Under the pieces are notes generated by a model. It saw only the letters and a program-made list of their open reading frames with translations, had not been told where the DNA came from and did not search any database. A stretch of DNA of 64,000 nt from the human T2T-CHM13v2.0 reference genome, Homo sapiens, in NCBI RefSeq assembly GCF_009914755.1, contig NC_060936.1. One strand, written 5' to 3'. Each line of letters starts with the position of its first letter. Position 1 is the stretch's first letter. Made by a program: the position numbers and the translations under genes. Shown piece after piece: positions 29,339-47,545 of the stretch.

Positions 29339-30820
29339 AGAACAGTATGTCCATTGAGCATTAATTTTACTGATTATGATTAAGTGTTATTTGAAGGAAG
29401 CATTCTGTAGTCCAATAACTTTCAGAGCCTCTGGATAAAGCACAGCTTCCAAGCGCGAATAGTCTTAATATATGAATGCACTCTGTGATCTTCTTGAAGG
29501 AGCTATAGCGTGCAGCATTGTGCAGTGTTATTCAAGTATGAAAACCTTTTCTCAAGGAGCACCTCAGGGGATTTGTACTGCAAGGAGCACTCTGGAAAAT
29601 GCTGCACCACACCCTGCTTCTACTGGAAAGAGGAAGTTGGGCTAGGAACTAGAACTTCAGGCACTGCGTAAAGCCAATGGAAGCCACCCTCGGAGACACA
29701 AATTGCATCAGGCGGTGGCCAACTCCACTTATCCACAGTGTGAATGTTCAGCCACTCCTGTTTTTTGTCACTATCTGAAACTACTCGTGGCCCCTATTTC
29801 CTGTCTGGATCACTGGTGTTTTCCATGACTTAACCCTGGTGAGCTGTTTCCAAGCTCTGCTGACCTTCAGTAGTGTTCTCATTTGGGGAAATGGAAGCAG
29901 AAACAGGCACGTATGGCAATCTGCTCAGAGGATGCTCCCCTGCTGACTGGGGGTGGGAACCATAGCGAGGGAAGAGGGGATTTCCATTGCCCTGAATAAA
30001 GTGTGGAGCTGGTGGCCTCCCCTGCAGCCTTGAGCAGGAATTCAGCTCAGGCTGTGTCACATGAGCACTGAGCTCCAGGGCCATGGACAAGTCTAGAGGC
30101 GATATAGCTGCAGACAGGTGGAGGACACTGCAAGAGGAAGGCTCCCATTTAGCAGGAAAACTGCCAGCTGGGAAGAATGCTGGTGGCTGCCTGAGTTGGG
30201 AAGAATTCCCAAGCCCTCTGCAAGCTCAGAAGCCAGGAAATGAATGGGAAGCAGCTGGAGTGGGCCAAGCAAGTCAAGGCAAATGGCCCAGAAGTGAGCA
30301 GAAGGGGGCCAGGCCCACCCCCAGGAAACCCAGCAGAGGTCAACTAGGCCTGTGGCACTGGAGGAGGCTAGGAGAGGTGAGCAGCCGGTCTCAAGATTAT
30401 CACTCTGTGGGCCTGGACAGAATTTTATCAGAAGAGTGCCAAAAGGAGTCATCTGTTGGCTTTAAAAAAAATTAACTGTATAAATAGAGGTTAATTCCAG
30501 ATGTTGCTTAATCCTAAAATACATAACATTTAAGTGATGGAGTGTAAATACTAAATGAATTATTTCTTTTAGGACTTTCAACGGAATCCTACAAAAGATC
30601 TGGCTAAGAGCTTGGCCAAAGACTAACAAATACATCCTGGATAAAATTAAATTTTTGTCCTTGTGATGCCTCATCAGAGGGGTTAAAAACATCAGTTCGG
30701 GTCTATGATCTATGCACAATTGAGAACATCTACTGAAAGCAATAAATGCCTAATGCCCCAGGCTAGAATTGGTGAGTATTTTCTCTTCATGTGATGCAAT
30801 AGATACAATTAACAAAACAA

Positions 30821-31420
<600 letters not shown>

Positions 31421-31429
31421 AGAACTATT

Positions 31430-31660
31430 GTAACTTTTATTATGTGTTGAGGGCTTGCCGAGTGCCAGAAATTTTACACACAGCCTTTTTAATGGTTACA
31501 ATAAGCTAGTATTACTATACCCATTTTATAGATGAAGAAACTGAGGTTCAGAAAGATTAAGGAATTTGTTCAATGCCACGAGGCTAATTACGTGATTGGT
31601 TTGGAATGCAGACCCAGATCACTCTGACCTGAAAGTCAAACGCGTTTTTCCTATTACACG
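31430..31660 (-). mobile_element. MIR
   Basis: cccattttatagatgaagaaactgaggttcagaaagattaagg core. Confidence 0.8.
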
Positions 31661-33030
31661 CTGTTATCACATAGCACCAGAAGATAATTAGAACTCAGAA
31701 GTCGAAGTTTAAGAAATCACAAAATGCCATCCTACGACACTCGTCCACTCACTAATGATTTATAAAATAAATTGTTTTAGTATCTTCTTTATCAGACATT
31801 GGGAAGATCAATAAATATTTGCATGGTGCTTTGAGAGAATTAGAAAGCAAATGCTAGATTTTTGTTGCTGTTGTTGTTTTTTAAAGAATGTTTTATGCCA
31901 TGAGATAGATCAGGCATAAACCTGGACTGGTTCAGCTGCTCTAGGTCACCCGAGTTGTCGTAGCTTTGCACCCTTATGTGAAGCAGCTGGGTTAGAGCTT
32001 CCTCCATGACATTAAAGGCAATCAGAGTCGTAGGTAGTACTTCACCAGCTTCTGAGAAACTTGGTATTCTTGTTCATTCTTCCCTGCTCCTCAAACTGCT
32101 CTTTAATTCTGAAGACCCTTTCAGAAGAATGTAAAAATGTAATCAAGAAACAATCAAATTGGACTTCGCAGGGTCTACGTGAAATTCTCATGGATCCTCA
32201 TATACTTAATCCCTTAAGTGATCCCTTTTTTCTTCTCCCTCCGACACATCTTCCCAGAGCCAAGCCACTGGCATTCTTAACTAAAGATGAACTCAATCCT
32301 TTCTGTTTAATTTGCTTTTATTTTAATAAAGTATTAAATTGTTCAATTCATAAGCCTATTACTGTGTGCCAGCCACATATTTCCAGAAAAAAAGGGAGGG
32401 GGGAATTGGTTCCAACAAAACTGTCATTGGTGTTGCTTATTCATTTTGTTTTTATTGACAAGGTCATGCATTTATACATTTTTCATCTGCATACCATTGC
32501 AATACACAGCCAGGGCTGAAAATAGTACCTAAACTCTTGACCACAATGATAGCTTTAATAGCATGTAATTCATATAATCCCTCAAAGTTGCCTAGGTAAT
32601 CTAACTTTAGTTAATAAGAGGTATCTGTGTAAAAACACCAAGGAGAAAATATGCTTTATTTTCGTCAGTATAAATATACACACTGATATTCATCATCATA
32701 TCTTAGAAATAATAAAGTATTGTAAAACACTTTTCAATAGTTTTTACTAACAACCTCCATACTATACCCATGATTGAAAATATCTACAACCAAAAGAGAA
32801 ATTGAGGGACAAAATTAATTAATTTACATAAAACCACCAAGAAAGTTAAAAGTATGCAGTCTGTAATCTAGATCAATTTAAGTTCAACATTAAAGCTTCT
32901 GCATAAAAATTCCTTTGTAGTAAGATGACCTTTAATTTTCAGAGGCTTTGTAGCTATTCTTGTAATCATTCAAGGTCAAATGGAAAAAGATAAAGTGAAA
33001 CAAAGCTTGCCCATCTTTGCAATAAGGTGA

Positions 33031-33390
<360 letters not shown>

Positions 33391-33737
33391 TGAAACCAAG
33401 TTTTTTTCAACCTAGTTCTATGTAACTATAGCCACTCTTATTTGCCTACAATTAGATTTATTGCAGCTTCAAATAATTTATTTTAGCATTTGAACCCAAA
33501 GCAACATCCATTTTATAACAGGTGAAGTTACTTAGTGGTAAAATCTGAGGGACATTAGAATAACTTCCCTTTTATAATCTGAGGGACATTAGAATAACTT
33601 CCCTTTGTCACTGATATACTGAAATTCATATGTTAGTGTCCCCAGGCTCATATCCTTACCCACCCCTGCCCACAGAACCTGCTCTAGGTCAGCTGTGGCA
33701 TCTCACCAGATCTATAGGGCTAACATATACTAAGTTA

Positions 33738-33817
33738 TCAAAGCGTGGTTCCCAGGCAAAGAGCACCAGTGTTACCTGGAAACTTGTTAGAAATGCAAAT
33801 TTTGGGCCCTTCTCAGG
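33738..33817 (+). mobile_element. MER5A-like hAT fragment
   Basis: cctggaaacttgttagaaatgcaaattttgggccc matches recalled MER5A. Confidence 0.65.
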
Positions 33818-33835
33818 AAGAATTTTCTTTTTATG

Positions 33836-33941
33836 TCTTTCTTTCTTTCTTTCTCTTTCTTTCTTTTTTCTTTCTTTCTTTTCTTTCTTTCTTTCTCTCT
33901 TTCTCTCTTTTTCCTCTTTCTTTCTTTCTTTCTTTCTGTTT
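33836..33941. repeat. (TTTC)n pyrimidine tract
   Basis: direct reading. Confidence 0.92.
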
Positions 33942-35851
33942 CAATTTCTCTGGCCTAATTGTTGGGTGAGACTCTCCTTGAATCTTACTTCACTCTTCTA
34001 AAAAACACAATTATTTCTAGGGAAAAATCATTTAAGTTCTCACATTTTTCCTTTGTATTTATTTACAAAGCCTCTCAGGTATCAAGAAAGAGTTACTTTT
34101 TATTTTTCTCTTTTTTTTTTTTTTTAGCCTCTGATCTTATTAAAAGGGAAGAAATATCTAAATAGTATTACAACAAATTACATAAATGTTAGCTTCAGCA
34201 AAGTAATGTTTTTAACTGTTCCCATCACCATCACCACCATCACTGAAAGCTGGTGAGAAAATCTACTGAAAGGGGTGAGATTTCAGTAGATCTCACACAC
34301 ACACTACAATATTACATCTGACCCCTTTCAGTAGGTTTTCTCACAACACAATGTAATATGCACACAATACAATGTAATATTCAAAAGATAATTGCAGGAT
34401 TTATCCTAAAATATTAATTCATGGTGATATAATTCAGTAATAAAAATGCACATTTCAAGTCACAGAATGCATCCTATCACTGAAACTCTATGTATGACCG
34501 TATTTGGGGATGGCACATGTAAATCCAAATTTTACATCATTTGCAAATATAGCTACTCCTACCTACGATAAGACCTTATTCCCTTATTCACTAGCAAATA
34601 TATATAGATATAGATATAGATATAAGATGTACTTTCTTTTAGAACAAGGAAGAAAAAGATAGATTTAGATACTGATTTCTCCTTTGATCATTCAAACCTC
34701 AGAAAAGGGATCTTGAGTCTGAATTTCTTTGAAAGCATCATCTCATCAGAAAGAATTTATTAAGTATGCAGTTATTTCTCCCATTCTGTCCAATCGAACA
34801 ATTTAAGCCCTGAAAACAAAGGAAGAAGCCTTTCCCATGCCAGCCATATCAATGGCAGAGCATAAAAACACATTCATGTTATTCATTCATCTAATGTTAC
34901 AATAGTAGCAACACAAAGATTTAATTTAATAACCTAACGGATCATCTTTCTTAAGTTATTAAAATACCATATAAGGATGGTTTAAACTGTCTATGAGGCA
35001 ATTTTCTAAGAGGAAAAAGTTTGGCAGGCTTTTATGGCTCCAGATGATTTCTCATTCTAGCTCTAATGTCAGAGTTAACCTATCACCATATTTCTTTATC
35101 TGTTTACAAAATCTGTGGTTCATTTTTCCTCAATGTTTCAACTTTGCTAGAAATGCTGGGCAACAGGAAAGAATGAGGTCATGACTCACCAGCTTATTAG
35201 GTGACTCTTTGCAGTGACTATAAATGCTACCATCAGTCTCATTTTTATGGTGCTGATAAAGGAGGATAACCTGCATAAGGGAGTTAGTTAAATGACCCAA
35301 AATGTCATTGCTCAACACTGGAGATGCATTGATTTGTAGTCCTATAATTGAAAAACAGGATATGAAGTCTTTAGGGGCTGGCTGGTCAGCTGGTCAACCA
35401 AAGAGTATATCATTATAACAGCAGAAGGAAATGTCATACAGCTTTTCTCTAAGTGCATCATAGAATTTATTTTGCAAATGCTTTTCTTTTTCTTTTTTAC
35501 TGGTTCATTTGCAGCTTTTATTTGCTTTTGCTTCTAGCTCAAACATGTTTTATGATGGTTCTTTCTGAAAATTATCTGTACTCCCTTCCAAAGAACAGTT
35601 TCTCTGCTTAGCAATATGAACAAACATTGTGAACACTTTGAAAAGCAACACAGTTAATGAGTTTACTGTTAATAGCACGATGAAATGCAAGAAGACTCTA
35701 GTTCTATGTATTTTCTTCTTGTGACATCATTTGACATCCTATGATCATACTGTTTCAAATAGTTATATAAAGCACAAAATGTAAAGAAAATACAGAAATT
35801 GGGATGTATAAGTATAGAAAACGAAATGTTTTGGAGAATCGAAATCTATCT

Positions 35852-36180
35852 TATTTTATCTTATTTTTTATTTTTATTTATTTATTTATTTTTGAGACAG
35901 AGTCTCATTCTGTCACCCAGGCTGGAGTGCAGTGGTGTGATCTCGGCTCACTGCAAGCTCCGTCTCCCGGGTTCACAGCATTCTCCTGCCTCAGCTCCCT
36001 AGTAGCTGGGACTACAGGCACCCGCCACCACGCCCAGCTAATTTTGTTGTATTTTTAGTAGAGACGGGGTTTCACCATGTTAGCCAGGATGGTCTCAATC
36101 TCCTGACCTCATGATCCGCCAAAAGTGGATTTGGCCTCCCAAAGTGCCGGGATTACAGGCATGAGCTACCGCACCCAGCC
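35852..36180 (-). mobile_element. Alu (Y-type)
   Basis: antisense dimer, TSD aatctatctt. Confidence 0.93.
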
Positions 36181-36460
36181 AATCTATCTTTAGGGATTTA
36201 GGGAAATAAAAACATTGGTAAAATTACAAAAATGATGTCGAATCATGATTTAAGAGAGGTACTGGTCAGTGAAGCATTCTTCTGCATTTAATGATCATAC
36301 CAACTACAAATATACCATGGGAAACATTTGATAGAATGAAGGTTCATTAGATTCTCTAATAAGAGGAGTAAAAGAATGTATATATAACTGCATTCAGACC
36401 TAAAAAGAAATAAACACATATTATTACATAGAAAATCACAGGATGAAAGGGTAAATTTGA

Positions 36461-36784
<324 letters not shown>

Positions 36785-36809
36785 TGAAATCTTGATTTTT
36801 AAAAGCCTA

Positions 36810-37120
36810 GGCGGGGCACGGTGGCTCACGTCTGTAATCTTAGCACTTTGGGAGGCCGAGGCGGGTGGATCACCTGAGGTCAAGAGTTTGAGACCAGCCT
36901 GGCCAACATGGTGAAACCCCGTCTCTACTAAAAATACAAAAATTAGCCAGGCATGGTGGCACGCTCCTGTAATCCCTGCTACTCAGGAGGCTGAGGCAGG
37001 AGAATTGCTTGAACCTGGGGGGCGGAGGTTGCAGTGAGCCGAGATTGTGCCATTTCACCCCTGCCTGGGCGAAAGAGTGAAACTCCGTCCCCCTAAAACA
37101 AAACAAAACAAAACAAAAAA
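36810..37120 (+). mobile_element. Alu (Sq/Sx-type)
   Basis: full dimer, (caaaa)n tail. Confidence 0.95.
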
Positions 37121-37407
37121 ACAACTAACTTTGAGTAAGATAGTGTATTAAACTAAAGAAAGGTGGGGGCAAAACATATTTTAGTCATCTTGTGACCACA
37201 AGTACAAAGAAAGGTAGGACCAACCTGAGCAACATTAAAAAAACAAAACAAAAAAAAAAAAAAAACAAGGAAAGGATTATGATAAGAAGCCTTCTGAAAT
37301 ATCAAAAGATTTTCACAGTCAACAAAACCTGGGCCCTCCCTGTGATAACTAAGAAACACTGTTTGTCGAAACCAAATTATCCTGTGCTTCACGTGAGAGG
37401 CCTTTAA

Positions 37408-37727
<320 letters not shown>

Positions 37728-37839
37728 GAGAGGCCTTTAATTTCAAGTAGAAGTGTGCAATGGATAAATCTAACTTGCTAAAGTAAATTCTAACAATTGA
37801 GCTGTGAAATACTGAAGCCTCTTCACATTCAAGAAATGA

Positions 37840-38182
<343 letters not shown>

Positions 38183-38854
38183 TATTTCTGCATTTCTAAG
38201 AATTCACAGGATAAAACATACGATTGTGAGATTCCTCTAATGATACTCTTTCAGAACACACACTCACTTTATAACTCATGACTCTCCAAGAAGCTTTCCC
38301 AAATGTGACTCCCACAATCTCAATCAATTCCTCATGGAATTCTTGATTCTGCCTCTTCACAGCTACATTCAGCCATAATTGGGAAAAATCTCATGAAAAT
38401 AATTCTACAGCCTTGTTCTTGACAATCATGAGTGCCTTGATCTTCAGGACAGTGCTATCTAAAAGCCTTTCCAGATATGCAAGGGGTAGGGACCATCCTC
38501 CTCACCCTTCTAGATTACCGCCCCACTTCCCACCTACCTGGGATTTAGTTTACTGGCAAGATTCACCCCGCCCAAGGCCTACCCTACCCAACCTACTTCA
38601 AGCCACTAGAAACTACAGTACAGGAGTACTTTGGCCCAACTCCATAAAAAGGGAAACACCTGTGCAAAAATAAACATGGTGATTTTCTTACTGACCACAT
38701 CCCAACTCAAGAGCACTTTAATATCCATTTCATAATGCTGTTTCCACAAAGGAGGCAGGTATGTAATACCAACTGAAACCCAATCAAATCCAGAAAAAGA
38801 CCATGAAGTTGTATTGCAACTAATCTTTACATTCACATGTAACAGATTTAATGT

Positions 38855-39139
38855 TGTTGGGTTTGCTTGTTTGTTTTTGAGACAGTCATGCTCTACTACT
38901 CAGGCTAGGGTGCTGTGGCTTCATCATAGCTCACTACAACCTTAAACTCCTAGGTTCAAGGGATCCTCCCACCTCAGCCTCCCAGGTGGCTAAAACTACA
39001 GATATGTGCCACTGTGCCGAGCTATCTTTTCTATTTTTTGTAGAGATAGGGTCTCTATGCTGCCAAGTCTCAAACTCCTGGGCTCATGCAAGCCTCCCAA
39101 AGTGCCAGAATTACAGGCATGAACCACAGTGCCCAACCC
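38855..39139 (-). mobile_element. Alu (J-type)
   Basis: diverged antisense dimer. Confidence 0.88.
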
Positions 39140-39390
39140 TAACATTGTTATTTTTTAACAAATAGTTTTCTATTTCTCAGTTTTCATTTTGAGAATGATA
39201 AACATTGATATATATAATCTATATAAACACAAGCTCTTTGGGGCCTGAATTATTTTTAAGAGTTTAAACAATCCTGAGACCAAAAAGTTTGAGAACCATT
39301 TTCCTAGGGAAAAACAAAACAGATTTCAGAAAGAGGGATCTGCTCACTACCCCCAATGCCCTCCAGTCTTGCTTTCTCTGCTCCCTTCTA

Positions 39391-40462
<1,072 letters not shown>

Positions 40463-41109
40463 TCAAGAAAGTGATCTGACTTGTAACAACAAAACCATCT
40501 TCTCACACTAATCAATACATTTTATTTTCCACAATTTTTAAAAAAATAATTAAGAACCATGGTTATTTTTCTATGACTCTAACCCATTCTTATTTTTGAA
40601 TGCCTTATGTTTTGTTAGCTAAGCTGCTCAAGTAGAAGGATGAATATTGAGAACTCTCCTAGTCAACAAAACTTCAGATCACCTCTATGCACATGTTGAA
40701 CTTTAATTATTGTGGTTTTGTCATGGTGTATAAATACATTAAATTGAGTTATTCTAGTCCTGATCAATGGAAGCAAACAGAAATTTTTTTATATGAGCAA
40801 ATAATATTCTTAATGAAACATCCACATGCCTAACTTGGCATGCTAGTGCAAACGTATTAACTTAATAGCATGCTGCAGATATGTGTACATGCATGTGTTC
40901 TATATTTCCTGACTCTTCAGTCAATCCACAGTTAAGTTAAATGAATTCCCTCTGCCTTGATTATATTATGCCACGTTGAAATAATTTCATTTCTAAGACA
41001 TGTTGGCAGTATTTGGGGGCCTCAAATAGCACATTCTATTTCATAGGTACAATTAACATTCACTCTGGCAGATATTACGAATTGGCACATACAATATGCA
41101 TGTCAACAT

Positions 41110-41555
41110 GCTTCTAGCAGAGGTTTCAAAGATGAAAGCTATATTTTTTACCCTCCCTTGAAGCTAGGGTTCTGGGTTGATGGAGGTTTTATCAATCAAA
41201 CGCAATCATGTGGGACGGGGTTTGGAATGGATTTAAGTGGGGTAAGAAAGAGCAAGAGGCACCATTTTGCTGGTGTGGATCAGGCTGGTTCTGTTTGAGA
41301 CTGCAGCACTGTGAACTCTGGAGTCAAGACCCTGAGCAAGACTCCTGATTTAACAGACGGCTTCTTGATCATGGCAGGAGCCACAGCACAATTCTGTGGG
41401 GGCTTTGAGAGTTATCTATGGAAGCTCAGCCTAGGGGCTCTTTCTTCTGCTCCCTGTCCCCAGTGATTCTGCAAGCCGTATTAAATCTTGCAAGGCATCC
41501 CTTTCTGCTTCTGCTAGCTAGAGTTGATGCTGTCCTCTCAGTGATAACCAAGATT
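41110..41555 (+). mobile_element. old ERVL-type solo LTR (LTR33-like)
   Basis: ccctcccttgaagctaggg and ccctttctgcttctgctagctagagttgat...aaccaaga resemble recalled ERVL LTR motifs. Confidence 0.45.
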
Positions 41556-42116
41556 CCCATGAAAACATTAGCCATCAGACAGAATTTAAAATTTCTTTCT
41601 TTACCCATATCACAGTTACAGTACATGTAGCTGGCGTCATTTAATGATCTGGTGACACAACAGTTTAATCTCCATCTAAATTTAGAAAATACATTATCAG
41701 AGGTTGCTAAGTTAATATAGAGATGGGGATTGCTTCTCGGCTTGGGGTTTTATGAGTAACTAGTTTACTGAGAGATCAACTGAAAAGACCCTTCTCTGAT
41801 CACAGCTCCCATGTACCTGAAGAAACAAAATACCTTGCATTTATGCAATGCTTTTATACTTTTAAAAGTGCTTTCATATGCATTGCTTCAATTATAGTTC
41901 ACAACAATGGAAAAGCTGAAAGGAAAAGAATTATCACATCCACATTAAAAATGAAAGAACTAAACTTCAAAGAAGCTAAATAGTTTGCTCAAAGTGTGGT
42001 AGATAAAAGGTAGAGGTGGGACTAGGACGTAAGGCAACTGTCTGCTAGTCCAGTGCTATTTTTTGAGTACTTCTGTGAAGCATGTGTATGCTTAATTAAA
42101 CTTTCCCTGTATATAC

Positions 42117-42658
42117 TGTCACAGGGGCCATAACTTGCTGCCCAATAACCACTTCCTTTTCTTCTTTAGAAATAGAACCCCAGTTTTTTGTTTTTTCAGA
42201 GGCAACAGTTTACACATAATTATTTGATTACATTCCCATTCTCCCTTAAACTAGGTAGCACCTTGTGACTAAGTTCTGCTCAAGGAAATACAAGCAGAAG
42301 TATCAAATGGGACCTACTAAGAAGGCTGCTAAAAAGAGGCCAACTCAGCTGCAAAAAGAATGCTTTTATCCTTCTGGGGTTTCTCCTTCCTGCTGCTTGG
42401 AATGCAGATGTGATGGCAAGAGCTCAATCAGCCATACTGACTCATGAGGCAACTTAAAGACAAATGTCACCAGTTAAGGATGGATAGCAGAAAGAAGGAA
42501 ACTGGGTCGGTGACTTTACAGAGATATCATAATACTCTTGGACGTCTTACATCAGGCTTTTTATTTTTGCATAAGAGAAAATAAATATACATCTTGTTAA
42601 GCTACTGTGATTTAGAGTTTCCAATTACATGCAGCAGATCTTAATCCTAACTGATACA
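42117..42658 (+). mobile_element. MLT1J-like MaLR solo LTR
   Basis: tgtgactaagttctg...agcagaagt; ends atgcagcagatcttaatcctaactgataca. Confidence 0.65.
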
Positions 42659-43238
42659 CATAATTTTCCTAAATTATTTCTATTTTAAGGTTATGCATTT
42701 TAAAATAAATGCTTTCACCAATGAGTAATCAGAGAATGCAGTGATTAGCTCAAGATAATAGCAGTCCCAAGACACAGTCAACCTCTGGATATACTATTAG
42801 ATCCACATTAAATTTTGAAGAGTAGAAGCTAGATTCTTCTGTATACATATTTCAGAATAAAGACTAAAGTTGTGTCAGTGTTTTACATATTAAATATTAC
42901 TAAGTATCCCCCTAAAACTGAGTACAGAGTGAGCAACATAGTAATGAGCAACATAGTAACCTTGTGCAGAAATCATATGAGTAGTTACGTGGCATGGTCC
43001 ATGGAAACACTCCAGTCTACCTGGGCTCATGCCTGATATACTATGGATAGAAGCACCATTGGCCATTGGCCCCTGGGACCTGCTCACACTTCTGGCTATG
43101 GGTTGGCTAGTTTTCTTTACATTCCAAGATTTCTGATTCAGGAATCTGTTTTCAATTTCTCTAAAAATTCCCCATAAACATTAAGCTCTGTTAGATTGAG
43201 GAATAGTCATCCTTGCTGAAAGCTGGAAGGGCAGATGA

Positions 43239-43644
<406 letters not shown>

Positions 43645-43645
43645 T

Positions 43646-44126
43646 AGGGGTTCTTAACCTATTTTGTTCCATGTACCGCTTTGGCTGTCTGGTGGACCCC
43701 TTTCTGAAAATGTTTTTAAATCTATAAGACAGAAGATAGCAAACCGATTATATTGAAATACAGTTATCAAAATATTTGAATTTAATTTTGTTAATATGTC
43801 TCTTTATTAAGATACCACATTTCAAGATGTCACAGTACATCTAATAATTACCACAATCTTAGAGAGGAGGATAAATAATATTTTGAGATATCAGTAACCA
43901 CTCTAATGTAAAAGGAAAATACATGTGATTTCTATTAGAGACTGAATCACAGCTAAAGTTAATTCTGTCGTGGTTTGTGTCCTACATTCACAATGGAAAA
44001 AAATACTAAATTTCAGATAGAGATTATGAAAATAAATATGAGATTTTTTTTCCATCAGATTCATGGGCCCCTCAAGTCCAAGCACAGATGCGTTGGGAAT
44101 CTATGGATCCCAGGTTAGAACACTGC
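43646..44126 (+). mobile_element. MER119-like hAT-Charlie DNA transposon
   Basis: termini aggggttcttaacct / aggttagaacactg are inverted; attatattgaaatacagttatcaaaatatt internal motif. Confidence 0.6.
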
Positions 44127-45069
44127 TTTAAATCATGAAAGAGTCTGCATGACTCCTGCATTCCATCAGAGACCATGTAAGAGTTCTGGTTTGTGGTATA
44201 ATTAGATACTGGCAAGATGGGTCCTCAATTTTAGCACCTTTCACAGTTCAGGAACCTGGTGAAAGCTATAATATATAGATAACTGATTCTAGTCATTGTC
44301 ATCCAGAAAGGCCTGTGTTGTAAAATGTTAACTCCACTGCAAATGACAAAGGACGTTAGACTGCAGTTACTGGTCAATGCATGGATTAAAGGAAAAATGA
44401 ACCATCAGTGGGCCCCTTGAGCATCTTCTTTGTAAAGAACTGAGACCCAGGAAAATAGCTATGCATTTACTGTGTACATAGTATGTTTTGGCCAATCTGC
44501 AGATAAAAGACATCAGTCTCGAAGGCCTTATTTGGGACATCCCTCTCAACGATAAAATCAAATATGAAACTAAGAAAAATAATAAAAATCAAATTCCTTT
44601 GAAAGTTCTCTATAAACATTAAGCTCAAAACTCTCCCCAAAATCCAATTTAGCAAAAGACATTTCTACAATAAAGTGGTGCTTGACAAGAACAATTTAAG
44701 GAAATAGTTCTGGTGTCTTTATTTACTATTAAAGAGACATACACAAATAAAATATGATGAAGTACTTATCACAAATAATACGTTTTGAATTATTTTCAAA
44801 GCCACAGGAGATTTTAAAAGACAACCTCAGAGTTATTCATGACAATGGACTATAACCCAGTCCTGGAGTCATTTCTGAAGCTTAACTTCAAATCAGTTTA
44901 GTGAAATTAAGAAAAATCAAAAGAAAGTCTTTCTGAATTCAAAAGATACTTATAAGTGAAGCAAAATTTGAGGGTAAAATTATCTTTTTACAAAAAGACA
45001 CATTCCATTGAGACAGTTTATTATCATAAATTTTATTAGCAAATGCAGATACTGTATGACAGTTTATAA

Positions 45070-45680
<611 letters not shown>

Positions 45681-45714
45681 TGAAATTTTGAACACACAAA
45701 TACACCACATAATA

Positions 45715-46030
45715 CCAGATTTAGAGTCAGAGAAACCTATTTTAAATCTTTGCTCTGCCACATGTTTAACTGTGTGAGCATGGGCAAGTTACTTAGCCAC
45801 TCTGATCTTCAATTTCCTCATCCATGGGAATAACAATTATACCTGTCTCTTATGGTTGTACTGAGAATTAAGTAAATAACTGTAAAGCACCTAGAACACT
45901 TATTGATATACATTAAGCACTTTATAATTTATCATCAAATGATTCTTGTGAGAATTAAATGTAATGTTACCTATAAAGTTCTTGGCATACTGTCTGGCAT
46001 ATACTTAATACTCAATAAATGGTAATTAGT
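45715..46030 (+). mobile_element. MIR plus a second MIR 3' fragment
   Basis: tgtgtgagcatgggcaagttacttagccactctgatcttcaatttcctcatc; tgagaattaa occurs twice. Confidence 0.75.
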
Positions 46031-46110
46031 ATCAGAAACAGTAGAAGTATTAGTATTAGCATTTAATGATATTAGAATTTATGTTGGTATTAGCATTAAT
46101 ATAGTACTGC

Positions 46111-46474
<364 letters not shown>

Positions 46475-46941
46475 TTATCATGAAATGCATGCCAAAATAC
46501 GGAGTTCCTCCTCAAGATGCTGTTGCTCTGAGGAACTCCTTTCCTGCCATGTCTTAAAGAAGGTGAGGGCTGAGACCCACCCTTTCTCTGGGTATATGAC
46601 GATCTTAGAAATGGACCCCAAACCAACAATTCCATGGCTATGTACAGTCATGCATGTGGGAAGAATATCTTTGAGCCAAGAACCTTTCCCTCAATCACAT
46701 CTTTGATCTGGTCTCCCTGCGAGTGTAGAAAAAGGGAGTTCTCACCCTCTCCTGTTGGCAGCAAAAGAAGGAGGAATTGGAAAACTGGGATACTCTCTAA
46801 AGACCACAGAGGGTATTATGCAGCCAAGTGTCCCCACTTGGCTGGGGTAGGGGATGCTGCATGATGACCCAGGTGTTCTTTGAGGACTTCGGTATCAATG
46901 CAATGACCACAAAGTATTGGGAATAAGAACACAATGATAAT

Positions 46942-47143
46942 CAACAGGGTGACTATAGTTAACATTAATCAATTGTACATTTCAGCTAGCTAGAAGAGAA
47001 TAATTAGAATGTTCCTAGCATAAAGAAAAGAGATATATTTAAGGTGATGGATATCCCAATTACCCTGATATGATTATAGGAATGTATCAAATTATCACGT
47101 GTATCCCGAAAATATGTGCATCTAATATGTATCAATTAAAAAT
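46942..47143 (+). mobile_element. L1MA-type 3' end fragment
   Basis: aacagggtgactatagttaac...ggtgatggatatcccaattaccctgat...tatgtatcaattaaaa. Confidence 0.8.
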
Positions 47144-47393
47144 TCTCTAATCTTTATAAAAAGAATATAATGATCATGTCAAATACGCGAAAAGCAAAGT
47201 TATTCTATCAACATGTTCGGGGAGTTACCTCTGGCATTGACTGTTAAGGATTGGATTCTGGTAGTTTACATTTCCAGATCCAAGCAAGAAGTTGATGGAG
47301 AAAGAGGAGAATACTGGCTGATTCCTCCATTAGTAGGGGAGGAGGTGAGTGTTAATAACCCCTTGTCCCTCCTCCCTCCAAAACCACTTCTCA

Positions 47394-47545
47394 GGCCACC
47401 TGTGGTGGCTCACATCTGTAATCCCAGTGCTTTGGGTGGCCAAAGCATGAGAGGATCCCTTGAGGCCAGGAATTGGAAGCTGCAGTGAGCAATGATCACA
47501 CTACTGCACTCTAGCCTGGGCACCAAAGTGGGACCCTGTCTCTAA
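47394..47545 (+). mobile_element. Alu monomer-length element
   Basis: left-arm start joined to right-arm end. Confidence 0.8.

Noticed and set aside
29830-30475. GC-richer unique segment with overlapping 86-130-aa ORFs
   Set aside because: No recognisable domain, ORFs on both strands and no convincing exon structure. It might be regulatory or lncRNA sequence, but I cannot support that from sequence.
40820-41112. cluster of CATG/GCATGC cores suggesting p53 response elements
   Set aside because: Half-sites are degenerate and the spacing is wrong (4 nt between CATG cores near 41100 instead of 6).
42930-42960. gagcaacatagtaa doubled (similar short doublet tgcattccagtt at ~63042/63067)
   Set aside because: Ordinary short slippage duplications, common in mammalian DNA.
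46501-46539. 10-bp inverted repeat ggagttcctc / gaggaactcc
   Set aside because: Short stem with a 19-nt loop; close to chance expectation in 64 kb and without other support.
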